Part shown: piece after piece, positions 1-11,235 of the stretch
Numbering within the stretch: position 1 is the first letter of the stretch
Layout: each line of letters opens with the position of its first letter
Source: Scyliorhinus canicula
Lineage: Eukaryota
DNA: 64,000 nucleotides
Assembly (NCBI RefSeq): GCF_902713615.1
Contig: NC_052158.1
Coordinates: 40,973,729 to 41,037,728 of the forward strand
Reading direction: 5' to 3'
Position numbers and translations under genes: made by a program
Notes under the pieces: model-generated
Database searches by the model: none
Seen by the model: only the letters and a program-made list of their open reading frames with translations
Told to the model about the DNA's origin: nothing

Positions 1-1196
1 CAGTGTGGCCGATGAAAACTCCAGGTTCCCCTTCGCCATGACATCTGCCACCGTCATCAAGGCCCTCAACACAATCTTCGCTCTGTTCGGATTCCCCGAC
101 TATATCCACAGTGACAGGGGATCCTCATTCATGAGCGATGCGCTGCGTTATTTCCTGCTCAGCAGGGGTATCGCCTCCAGCAGAACGACCAGCTACAACC
201 CCCGGGGAAACAGGCAGGTAGAGAGGGAGAACGGGATGGTTTGGAGGGCCATCCAGCTGGCCCTATGGTCCAGAAACCTCCCAGCCTCTTGCTGGCAGGA
301 GGTCCTCCCTGATGCACTACACTCCATACGGTCACTACTGTGCACCGCCACAAATAATACACCCCATGAACGTGTTTTTACATTCCCTTGGAAGTCCACA
401 TCTGGGGTGTCACTCCCGACGTGGCTCGCAGCTCCAGGACCGGTCCTTCTACGTAGGCACGTCCGACTCCACAAGGCGGACCCCTTGGTGGACAGGGTAC
501 ACTTGCTCCACACCAACCCCCAGTATGCCTACGTCGAGTTCCCCGACGGCCGCCAAGATACTGTTTCCCTCAGGGACCTGGCTCCCTCAGGTTCCACTCC
601 GACACACTCCCCCACCCACACACCACCCTCTCCTCCCCCGGCGCTCCCAACATTAGCCCCATTAGGTCCACCTACTTCCCCTGCCCACGTAAGAGGACGA
701 GGAAGATTTTGGCATGCCTCCGGAGTCATCCGACTACAGGCCAGCACCAACACTGCCAGCACTAATGTCGGCGATGCCAGCACCGACATCACCGCCACCG
801 TTACGTCGCTCCTAGCGAACCACCAAAGCACCAGATCGACTTAACCTCTGACGGGCACCGGACTATCAAAATGGACATTTTTTTTCCCCTCCCCATTGTA
901 AATTATTTGCAAAACTGTATATAGTTCCACGCCACCCCCGTCGGACTCATTCTTAACAGGGGGTGAATGTGGTGAACCACTGTGTGCACCTGTATTAGGG
1001 GATGTAAGGTAGGACCTGCACTACAGGTTCGCCAGTAGCCCCTGCCGGCTAGCTCCGCCCACAAGGAGCCGTATAAATATGTGTGTCCTCCTCCTGATCA
1101 GCCATTTCGCCAGCTGCAGTAGGAGGCCACGCATCTGACTGTAATAAAGCCACAGTTGTACCAATCTGAGTCTTTTATGCAATTGATTGTGCGTCA
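1..1196 (+). mobile_element. 3' end of a Ty3/Gypsy LTR retrotransposon (integrase, PPT, 3' LTR), cut by the window edge
   Basis: ORF 5-844 has rve integrase motifs HSDRGSSF and SYNPRGNRQVER. Polypurine tract AACAGGGGGTGAA at 955-967. LTR 968-1196 has TG...CA ends, TATAAAT and AATAAA. Confidence 0.9.
5..844 (+). CDS. Gypsy integrase C-terminal part (pol fragment)
   Basis: Second Asp and the Glu of the DDE core, followed by a Pro-rich tail. Confidence 0.85.
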   Translation: MADENSRFPFAMTSATVIKALNTIFALFGFPDYIHSDRGSSFMSDALRYFLLSRGIASSRTTSYNPRGNRQVERENGMVWRAIQLALWSRNLPASCWQEVLPDALHSIRSLLCTATNNTPHERVFTFPWKSTSGVSLPTWLAAPGPVLLRRHVRLHKADPLVDRVHLLHTNPQYAYVEFPDGRQDTVSLRDLAPSGSTPTHSPTHTPPSPPPALPTLAPLGPPTSPAHVRGRGRFWHASGVIRLQASTNTASTNVGDASTDITATVTSLLANHQSTRST

Positions 1197-1283
1197 CTTT
1201 GTTAGACAAATATCATGATTGTATCAAGTTAAAGGATCAATGTTGCTTTTAAACATATCTTAATGTTTTGTGAAGAAGGGGGA

Positions 1284-1603
1284 TGTGGTGATATGCCTGT
1301 AAGCAGTATCATAGATGGATGGTGTGCAACCTCCAACCAGCAGGTGGCAGTGCAGACACATCATGCGGTCTCAAAACCGTGGCCATGTCACCAGGGACTC
1401 CCAAATAAAGGGAGACAAATCCAGCCATCGCCAGGTGGTTGTGGGGCATACAGGTAAACAGTCATGCCAGGTATAGTTCCAGAGGAATACAAAGAAACCC
1501 CATAATTTCCATGACCTGTAACAGATTTCTGTCTTACCATGTGTGATTCAATAAAGATCCTGATATTTTGTGGCGTCTTTTCCAAGGTATAGAAGACCAA
1601 ACA
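1284..1603 (+). mobile_element. Probable LTR of a second LTR element
   Basis: TGTGG...AACA termini, preceded by purine run AAGAAGGGGGA, internal AATAAA. Confidence 0.5.
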
Positions 1604-2020
1604 TTCCCAGGTGGAAGCAAACTCTATGAATGGGGCAAGCCTGCGGGTATTGGTAACAGCTCCACTCCTGGTAGTGCTGGAGAAACAGTTGACTAACCCA
1701 GTTAAAAATCTGGAGGCAAGTCAATCAACATTTCAATTTGAAGGCTGCCTCAAGGTTAGCTTCCATCTGTACAAACCAGTTATTCAAGCCTGCTAGGTCA
1801 GATGTGAAATTTAGGGAGTGGACGGAAATGTGGTTGGAGAAGGTGGGAGATTTATTTTTAGAGGGTCGGTTCGCTAGCTGAAGGAGAAACATGGGCTTAT
1901 GATGGGGTCAGGTATCTTCAGATGCTTGGCTGGGTCAAAACGTACTTTCCAGCCTTCTACCTTGCCCGAGCGGATTTTATCCTGCTCAGGGTCGGTGGTG
2001 GCCAATACATCGGGCATATA

Positions 2021-2288
2021 ATAATAATCTTTATTGTCACAAGTAGGCTTACATTAACACTGCAATGAAGTTACTGTGAAAAGCCCCTAGTCACCACATT
2101 CCTGCGCCTGTTCGGGTACATTGAGGGAGAATTCAGAATGTCCAAATTACCTAACAGCATGTCTTTCGGGACTTGTGGGAGGAATCCGGACCTACGCAGA
2201 CACGGGGAGATGTCCGGGAATCGGGAATCGTACCTGGGACCCTGGAGCTGTGAAGCAACAGTGCTACCCACTGTGCTACCGTGCTGCC
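2021..2288 (-). mobile_element. tRNA-derived V-SINE, tail type B
   Basis: Head GGCAGCACGGTAGCACAGTGG with A/B-box-like motifs. Tail CTTTTCACAGTAACTTCATTGCAG...GTGACAATAAAGATTATT. Confidence 0.9.
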
Positions 2289-2596
2289 TATCAGCAGATA
2301 GTCGGGGAGGAGACGTGCTCGATTGAACGTGTGCAGAAAAGTGGGCAGAAAAGCTGTGGCTAATTTTGGAGGAAGACGTTTGTAGCGCGACATTGAGGAG
2401 GGTGAACGCTGCCTCGCCCTGTGCGAGGCTGAGTCTCATTCAGCTAAAAGTAGTGTTCTGAGCACACCTCACGAAGGCTAGAATGAGTCTGTTTTTCGAA
2501 TGAATGGAGGATAGGTGTATACGGTGTTTGAGGAAGCCGGCACACACATGTTCTTGTTGTGCTCGAAGCTGCTGGGCTTCAGGAGGTCCTTTTTTT

Positions 2597-2817
2597 TAAT
2601 AAATTTAGATTACCCAATTATTTTTTCTATTAAGGGGCAATTTAGCGTGGCCAATCCACCTACTCTGCGCATTTCTTTGGGTTGTGGGGGCGAAACCCAC
2701 GCAGACACGGGGAGAATGTGCAAACTCCATATGGACAGTGACCCAGAGCCGGGATCGAACCTGGGACCTCAGCGCCGTGAGGCGGTTGTGCTAACCACTA
2801 GGCCACCGTGCTGCCCT
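2597..2817 (-). mobile_element. V-SINE with poly(A) tail and 15-bp TSD (tail type C)
   Basis: Direct repeat AGGAGGTCCTTTTTT at 2581 and 2821. V-domain GGATTGGCCACGCTAAATTGCCCC. A-rich 3' end. Confidence 0.9.
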
Positions 2818-3833
2818 CGGAGGAGGTCCTTTTTTGATACTGTGTTGGCAGTCTTGGGCATCAGGTTGGAGCCTTGTCCACTCGTGGCGATTTTTGGGGT
2901 TTTGGATTTGCCGGAGCTCCAGGCAGACATCCTGGCCTTTGCCTTGCTTGTGGCAAACAGGCAAGGTGAATCCTCCCAGGCTGGAGGTTGACTATACCAC
3001 ATGGCTGGGTGGTGTGATTAAGTTTTTGCTCCTCGAATGTCAAGTTTACCATGAGAGGGTCGGTGGAAGGGTTTTACCATTAGATGGCAGCCGTTTATGA
3101 TGTACTTTTAAGAGTTGATCACTGTTAGCTGTTAGGGGGAGGGGGCGGTGGATGGGGGGGATTAGCGGTGAGGTTATATTGTTGTAGTGGGGGGTGGGGG
3201 TTTCTTGCTTTTTAGCTGTTCTGTGTTACTGTACACTTTGTGTAAAAATGTGTAAAATAATAAAGTTTTAAAGACTTATCTATTTTCGTCTTGAACATGT
3301 GGGTAGAGGGTTGGGCAGTACAAAGGGGATCAGGCTTCTGCTCATCATCAAGCCGTTGTATTTATTGCACAATTCATATTTGTTCTTGTTATAAATAGTA
3401 ATTGTATTTAAACTTACAGACTTGGTGACTATAATCATTGGCCTGCCAAGGGCCAAGGGCACAGATAATTTTGGGAACAATGGTGTAGAAGAGGGATATG
3501 AGGGTGTGGTTAAACCAGATTGACAGCTATAGGAACATTGTAATGATTGGAGGGTCAAAGGGCAGAGGTGGGAATTCGAAAGCACTGTCCAATTTAGCTG
3601 GGGGAAGATTGTCCTCCAGGAATAGAAGCTGATTGGTCCATGTAATCACATGACCACTGGATCTCTGTAACCACTCATGGATTTGTGTGATGGAAAGGAG
3701 CTCCAGGCTGCACCGCAACATTTCAAAATTGCTGCTTGTTGGAGTTGGGAACCAGACTGAAGCACAGGGATTTTAAGGAATTATGTCTATAATAGTCAGA
3801 GTTATCAATGCATGAGTGTGTGTCAGAGGACAG

Positions 3834-4050
3834 ACAGCCGGGAGAGTGAAAACAGCGCGAGAGGAGTGACAGTCGGGAGAGTGAAAACAGCGCGAGAGGA
3901 GAGACAGCCGGGAGAGTGAAAACAGCGCGAGAGGAGTGACAGTCGGGAGAGTGAAAACAGCGCGAGAGGAGAGACAGTCGGGAGAGTGAAAACAGCGCGA
4001 GAGGAGAGACAGTCGGGAGAGTGAAAACAGCGCGAGAGGAGAGACAGCCG
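3834..4050 (+). repeat. 35-bp CpG-rich minisatellite, 6 full copies, at the 5' end of a CR1
   Basis: Unit GGAGAGTGAAAACAGCGCGAGAGGAG(T/A)GACAG(T/C)CG starts at 3841, 3876, 3911, 3946, 3981 and 4016. Confidence 0.95.
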
Positions 4051-5660
4051 GGACACGCAGTGGTTACTGCTTAAGTGTTTTATTTTTACCTGTATTTAAG
4101 TTGGGCGGTTGCTAAACCCGAGACACTACACTTGTACTGTCCCCCACCCTTCCACCTCCTCAAAGCTAAGGGGGTGAGTGAATATCAGGTAAGCTCTTTC
4201 TTTTTCTTGTTTATAACCACAAGTTATCTAGGGGGGATGGCAGAGAAGGCAGTGCAGTGTTCCTCCTGCAGAATGTTTGAGGTCCCTGCTGATCTCACCT
4301 GTGGGAAGTGCACCCATCTCCAGCTCCTCATAAATCCGTTAAGGAACTGGAGCTGGAGTTGGATGAACTTCGGATCATTCGGGAGGCAGAGGTGGTCATA
4401 GATAGAAGCTTCAGGGATGTAGGTACTCTGAAGAATGAACATAGAGGGGCTGGGAGGAAGCAGTCAGTACAGGAATCCCCTGTGGTCGTTCCCCTTAGTA
4501 ACAAGTATACTGCTTTGGATACTGGGGGGGGGGGGGGGGGGGGGTTGGAGGGAACGGGGACTTACCAGGGGTAAGCCATGAGGTACAGGTCGCTGGCACA
4601 GAGTCTGTTCCTGTTGCTCAGAAGGGAAGGGGGGAGAGGAGTAGAGCATTAGTCATTGGAGCCTCCATAGTTAAGGGGATAGATAGGAGATTCTGTGGGG
4701 ACGGGAGAGACTTGCGGTCGGTGTGTTGCCTCCCAGGTACAAGGGTCTGATGTCTCGGATCATGTTTTCGGGATCCTTAAGGGGGAGGGGAAGCAGCTCC
4801 AAATTGTGGTCCACATAGGCACAACATAGGTAGGAAAAGTGATAGTGATATAAGGCAGAAATTCAGGGAGCTAGGGTGGAAACGTAGAGCTAGAACAAAC
4901 AGAGTTATTATCTCTGGGTTGTTACCCGTGCCACATGCTAGCGAGGCGAGGAATAGGGTGAGAGAGAGCAGTTAAACACGTGGCTACAGGGATGGTGCAG
5001 GAGGGAGTGTTTCAGATACCTGGATAATTGGGGCTCATTCTGGGGTAGGTGGGACCTCTACAAATGGGATGGTGTACACCTGGACCAGAAGGGTACCAAT
5101 ATCCTGGGGGGGGGAATTTGCTAATACTCTTCGGGAGGGTTTAAACTAATTCAGCAGGGGGTTGGAAACCTGAATTGTAGCTCCAGTATACAGGAGGTTG
5201 AGAGTAGTGAGGTCATGAGTAAGATTTCAAGGTTGCAGGAGTGTACCGGCAGGCAGGAAGGTGGTTTAAAGTGTGTCTACTTCAACGCCAGAAGCATCCG
5301 GAATAAGGTGGGTGAACTTGCATCATGGGTTGGTACCTGGGACTGCGATGATTTTGGAGATATAGATAGAGCAGAGACAGGAATGGTTGTTGCAGGTTCC
5401 AGGGTTAGATATTTCAGTAAGCTCAGGAAGGTGGTAAAAGAGGGGGAGGGGTGGCATTCTTCGTCAAGGACAGTATTACGGTGGCAGAAAGGACGTTTAA
5501 TGAGGAATCGTCTACTGAGATAGCGTGGGCTGAGGTTAGAAACAGGAAAGGAGAGGTCACCCTGTTTGGAGTTTTCTATAGACCTCCGAAAAGTTCCAGA
5601 GATGTAGAGGAAAGGATTGCAAAGATGATTCTGGATAGGAGCGAAAGTAACAGGGTAGTT

Positions 5661-6849
5661 ACATAGAACATAGAACGATACAGCGCAGTACAGGCCCTTC
5701 GGCCCTCGATGTTGCACCGACATGGAAAAAAACTAAAGGCCATCTAACCTACACTATGCCCTTATCATCCATATGCTTATCCAATAAATTTTTAAATGCC
5801 CTCAATGTTGGCGAGTTCACTACTGTTGCAGGTAGGGCATTCCACGGCCTCACCACTCTTTGCGTAAAAAACCCACCTCTGACCTCTGTCCTATATCTAT
5901 TACCCCTCAATTTAAGGCTATGTCCCCTCGTGCTAGCCACCTCCATCGCGGGAGAAGGCTCTCGCTGTCCACCCTATCTAACCCTCTGATCATTTTGTAT
6001 GCCTCTATTAAGTCACCTCTTAATCTTCTTCTCTCTAACGAAAACAACCTCAAGTCCATCAGCCTTTCCTCATAAAATTTTCCCTCCATACCAGGCAACA
6101 TCCTGGTAAATCTCCTCTGCACCCGTTCCAAGGCTTCCACGTCCTTCCTATAATGAGGCGACCAGAACTGTACGCAATACTCCAAATGCGGCCGTACTAG
6201 AGTTTTGTACAACTGCAACATGACCTCATGGCTCCGGAACTCAATCCCTCTACCAATAAAGGCCAACACACCATAGGCCTTCACAACCCTATCAACCTGG
6301 GTGGCAACTTTCAGGGATCTATGTACATGGACACCGAGATCCCTCTGCTCATCCACACTACCAAGAATTTTACCATTAGCCAAATATTCCGCATTCCTGT
6401 TATTCTTTCCAAAGTGAATCACCTCACACTTCTCCACATTAAACTCCATTTGCCACCTCTCAGCCCAGCTCTGCAGCTTATCTATGTCCCTCTGTAACCT
6501 GCAACATCCTTCCGCACTGTCTACAACTCCACCGACTTTAGTATCGTCTGCAAATTTACTCACCCATCCTTCTGCGCCCTCCTCTAGGTCATTTATAAAA
6601 ATGACAAACAGCAACGGCCCCAGAACAGATCCTTGTGGTACGCCACTCGTAACTGAACTCCATTCTGAACATTTCCCATCAACTACCACTCTCTGTCTTC
6701 TTTCAACTAGCCAATTTCTGATCCACATCTCTAAATCACCCTCAATCCCCAGCCTCCGTATTTTCTGCAATAGCCGACCGTGGGGAACCTTATCAAACGC
6801 TTTACTGAAATCCATATACACCACATCAACTGCTCTACCCTCGTCTACC
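5661..6849 (-). mobile_element. 5'-truncated CR1 (RT plus 3' tail) nested in the previous CR1
   Basis: ORF 5907-6824 with SKFADDTK. Tail GTTCTATGTTCTATGT. AGTT duplicated at 5657-5660 and 6850-6853. Confidence 0.93.
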
Positions 6850-8831
6850 AGTTGTCATGGGGGACTTTATCTTTCCAAATATTGACTGGAAACGCTATAG
6901 TTCGAGTACCTTAGATGGGTCCATTTTTGTCCAATGTGTGCAGGAGGGTTTCCTGACACAGTATGTAGATAGGCCAAAGAGAGGCGAGGCCATATTGGAT
7001 TTGGTACTGGGTAATGAACCAGGACAGGTGTTAGATTTGGAGGTAGGTGAGCACTTTGGTGATAGTGACCGCAATTCGATTACGTTTACTTTAGTGATGG
7101 AAAGGGATAGGTATACACTGCAGGGCAAGAGTTATATCTGGGGGAAAGGCAATTATGATGCGATGAGACAAGACTTAAGATGCATCGGATGGGGAAGGAA
7201 ACTGCAGGGGATGGGCACAATTGAAATGTGGAGCTTGTTCAAGGAACAGCTACTGCGTGTCCTTGATAAGTATGTACCTGTCAGACAGGGAGGAAGTGGT
7301 CGAGCGAGGGAACCTTGGTTTACTAAAGCAGTTTGAACACTTGTCAAGATGAAGAAGGAGGCTTATGTAAAGATGAGACGTGAAGGTTCAGTTAGGGCGC
7401 TCGAAAGTTACAAGTTAGCTAGGAAGGACCTAAAGAGAGCTAAGAAGAGCCAGGAGGGGACATGAGAAGTCTTGGGCAGGTAGGATCAAGGACAACCCAA
7501 AAGCTTTCTATAGATATGTCAGGAATAAAAGAATAACTAGGGTAAGAGTAGGGCCAGTCAAGGACAGTAGTGGGAAGTTGTGCGTGAATTCTGAGGAGAT
7601 AGGAGAGGTGCTAAGTGAATATTTTTCGTCAGTATTCACACAGAAAAAAGACAATGTTGTCGAGGAGAATACGGAGAGACAGGCTACTAGACTAGAAGGG
7701 CTTGAGGTTCACAAGGAGGAGGTGTTAGCAATTCTGGGAAGTGTGAAAATAGATAAGTCCTCTGGGCCGGATGGGATTTATCCTAGGATTCTCTGGGAAG
7801 CTAGGGAGGAGATTGCTGAGCCTTTGGCTTTGATCTTCATGTCATCATTGTCTACAGCAATAGTGCCAGAACACTGGAGGATAGCAAATGTTGTCCCCTT
7901 GTTCAAGAAGGGGAGTAGAGACAACCCCGGTAACTATAGACCAGTGAGCCTTACTTCTGTTGTGGGCAAAGTCTTGGAAAGGTTTATAAGAGATAGGATG
8001 TATAATCATCTGGAAAGGAATAATTTGATTAGAGATAGTCAACATGGTTTTGTGAAGGGTTGGTCGTGCCTCACAAACTTTATTGAGTTCTTTGGAAAGA
8101 ATAACAGGAAGACAGAGTACTGGGCTAATGGCAAGATTCTTGGTAGTGTGGATGAGCAGAGAAATCTTGGTGTTGGAGATCCTTGGAAGTTGCCACCCAG
8201 GTTTAGAGGGTTGTTAAGAAGGCGTACGGTGTGTTAGCTTTTATTGGTAGAGGGATTGAGTTTCGGAGCCATGAGGTCATGTTGCAGTTATACAAAACTC
8301 TGGTGTGGCCGCATTTGGAGGATTGCGTGCAATTCTGGTCGCCGCATTATAGGAAGGATGTGGAAGCATTGGAAAGGGTGCAGAGGAGATTTACCAGGAT
8401 GAGCCTGGTATGGATGGAAGATCTTATGAGGGAAGGCTGAGGAACTTGAGGCTGCTTTCATTAGAGAGAAGAAGGTTAAGAGGTGACTTAATTGAGGCAT
8501 ACAAGCTGATCATATGATTACATAGGGTAGACATTGTGAGCCTTTTTCCTCGGACGGTAATGCCTAGCACGAGGGGACATAGCTTTAAATTGAGAGGAGC
8601 TAGGTATAGGACAGATGTCAGAGGTAGGTTATTTACTCAGAGAATAGTAAGGGTGGAATGCCCTGCCTGCAACAGTAGTGGACTCGCCATCACTAAAGGG
8701 CATTCAAATGGTCATTGGATAAACATATGGATGATAAGGGAATAGTGTAGATGGGCTTTAGAGTGGTTTCACAGGTCATCGTAACATCGGAGGCCGAAGG
8801 GCCTGTACTGCGCTGTAATGTTCTATGTTCT

Positions 8832-10046
8832 AGCACGTGACACGGGTAACAACCCAGAGATAATAACTCTGTTTGTTCTAGCTCTAAGTTTCCACCCTAG
8901 CTCCCTGTTCCTGCCTTATATCCCTATCCTTTTTCCTACCTGTCGTTGGTGCCTGTGTGGACTACGACTTGGGGCTGCCCCCCTCCCCCTTAAGGATTCC
9001 GAAAACACGATCCGAGACATCATGGACCCTGGCACCTGGGAGGCAACACACCAACCGTGAGTCTCTCTCATTCCCACAGAATCTCCTAACTATGGAGGCT
9101 CCAATGACTAATGCTCTACTCCTCTTCCCCCCCCCTTTCCTTCTGAGCAACAGGAACAGACTCTATGCCAGAGACGTGTACCCCATGGCTTACCCCTGGT
9201 AAGTCTCTCTCCCCCCCCCCCCCCCCCCCCACCAGTAACCAAAGTGGTATACTTGTTACTAAGAGGAACGACCACCGGGGATCCCTGTACTGACTGCTTC
9301 CTCCCAGCCCCTCTCACCATTACCCATCTATCTTCATTCTTCGGAGTAACTACATCCCTGAAGCTACTATCTATGACCACCTCTGCCTCCCAAATGATCC
9401 GAAGTTTATCCAACTCCAGCTCCAGTTCCCTAACGTGGTTTCTGAGGAGCTGGAGATGGGTGCACTTCCCACAGGTGAAATCAACAGGGACACTGACAGC
9501 ATCCCTCACCGCAAACATTCTGCAGGAGGAACATTGCACTGCCTTCCCTGCCATCCCCTTTAGATAAAACAAGAAAAAGAAAGGAAGAGCTGACCTGATA
9601 TTCACTCAACCCCTTAGGTTAGAGGAGGGGGAATGGTGGGGGACACTACAAGCGTAGTGTCTTGTGTTTAGCAACCGCCCAACTTATATACAGGCACTAC
9701 ACACCTTCCCAGAAATCCCCATGGCCAACTTCCGGTTTCCTGCTGCTCTGAAACAAAAAAACAACTCCGAAATAAAAAGTTAGTTAAAAAACAAAAATTC
9801 AGCTGACTCTCCACTCCCCTTACCAAAAAAATCACTCCCCTCTGCCTACTCCGCTGGAAAAATGAGGTCTGAACCTCAGAGGTAAGTGCCTTTTAAAAAA
9901 TACTACACACCTTCCCAGAAATCCCCATGGCCAACTTCCAGTTTCCTGCTGCTCAGAAACAAAAAAACAACTCCGAAAAAAAATTTGTTAAAAAACAAAT
10001 ATTCAGCTTACCAAAAAAATCACTTCCCTCTCTGCCTACTCCGCTG
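8832..10046 (-). mobile_element. CR1 5' half (ORF1 and 5' UTR with a ~205-bp tandem duplication at 9696-10046)
   Basis: ORF 9108-9605 (AVQCSSCRMF...CGKC, coiled coil) and 8962-9150 (esterase ALVIGASIVR). Confidence 0.85.
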
Positions 10047-11235
10047 TAAGTCTTGTGTCACAAATTTGATTGAATTCTTTGAGGAGGTAACTAAGTGTGT
10101 AGATGAAGGTAGAGCAGTTGATGTCGTATACAATAGATTTCAGTAAGGTGTTTGATAAGGTTCCCCATGGTTGGCTCATGAAGAAAGTAAGGAGGTATGG
10201 GATAGAGGGAAATTTGGCCAATTGGATAAGTAACTGGCTATCACATAGAAGACAGAGGATCGTTGTGGATGGAAAATTTTCAGACTGGAGACCAGTTACC
10301 AGCAGCACTGAGTCTGTTCCTGTGATTTTTATAAATTACTTGGAGGAGGGGGCTGAAGGGTGGGTCAGTAAATTTGCTGATGACACCAAGGTTGGTGGAG
10401 TAGTGGATGAGGTGGAGGGCTGTTGTAGGCTGCAAAGAGACATTGATAGGATGTCGAGCTGGGCCGAAAAATGGCAGCTGGAGTTTAACCCTCATAAGTG
10501 CGAGGTGATTAATTTTGGACAAATTTGAATGTGAATTACAGGGTCAACGGCAGGATTCTGAGGAATGTGGAGGAACAGAGAGATCTTAGGGTTCATGTCC
10601 ACAGATCTCTGAAGGTTGCCACTCAAGTGGATAGAGCCGTGAAGAAGGCCTATAATGTGTTAGCGCTTATTAACAGGGGGCTTGAGTTTAAGAGCCGTGG
10701 GGTTATGCTGCAATTGTACAAGACCCTGGTGAGACCACATTTGGAGTATTGTGTGCAGTTCTGGTCACCTCATTATAGGAAAGATGTGGAAGCATTGGAC
10801 AGGGCGCAAAGGATGCTGCCTGGATTGGAGGGTAGGTCTTATGAGGAAAGGTTGTTGGAGCGAAGGAGCATGAGAGGCGACTTAATAGAGTTTTATAAGA
10901 TGAGGAGGATAGATAGAGTGAATGATCAGAGATCAGAGACTATTTCCTCGGGTGGATGTAGCTGTTACAAGGGGGCATAACTATAAGGTTCGGGGTGGGA
11001 GATATAGGAGGGATGTCCGAGATGGGTTCTTTACTCAGAGAGTGGTTAGAGTGTGGAAACGAATGCCTGCTGTGATAGTGGAGTCGAACACTTTAGGAAC
11101 TTTCAAGCGGTATTGGATAGGCACATGGAGCATACCAGAATGACAGGGAGTGGGATAGCGTGATCTTGGTTTCGGACAAAGCTCGGCACAACATTGAGGG
11201 CCGAAGAGCCTGTTCTGTGCTGTACTGTTCTATGT
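10047..11235 (+). mobile_element. 5'-truncated CR1 (RT and 3' tail)
   Basis: SCVTNLIEFF, FADD, HLEYCVQFWSP. Tail GGGCCGAAGAGCCTGTTCTGTGCTGTACTGTTCTATG. Confidence 0.9.

Larger units (their letters stand above)
1800..3275 (+). mobile_element. Degenerate 3' fragment of an L1-like LINE (ORF2 C-terminus and 3' UTR), interrupted by two SINEs
   Basis: Similar to ORF2 C-termini at 16615-17043 and 60040-60756 (CARLSLIQLKVV, LEPCPLVAIFGV). Ends in AATAATAAA. Start is approximate. Confidence 0.75.
3834..8830 (+). mobile_element. Near full-length decayed CR1 LINE with a nested CR1 and an internal RT deletion
   Basis: ORF1 remnants CSSC...CGKC and esterase. APE motif CVYFNARS. RT remnants at 7578-8500, with a deletion at ~8093 joining EFF to GKNNR. 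Tail (TGTTCTA)n. Confidence 0.9.

Noticed and set aside
3834-4050. 35-bp repeats as a CRISPR array
   Set aside because: Head-to-tail copies with no unique spacers, in a eukaryotic LINE 5' UTR.
8832-11235. Head-to-head CR1 pieces as a twin-priming 5' inversion
   Set aside because: The inverted piece ends in ORF1 and the sense piece starts in RT, about 2 kb apart on the consensus. Two separate insertions are simpler.
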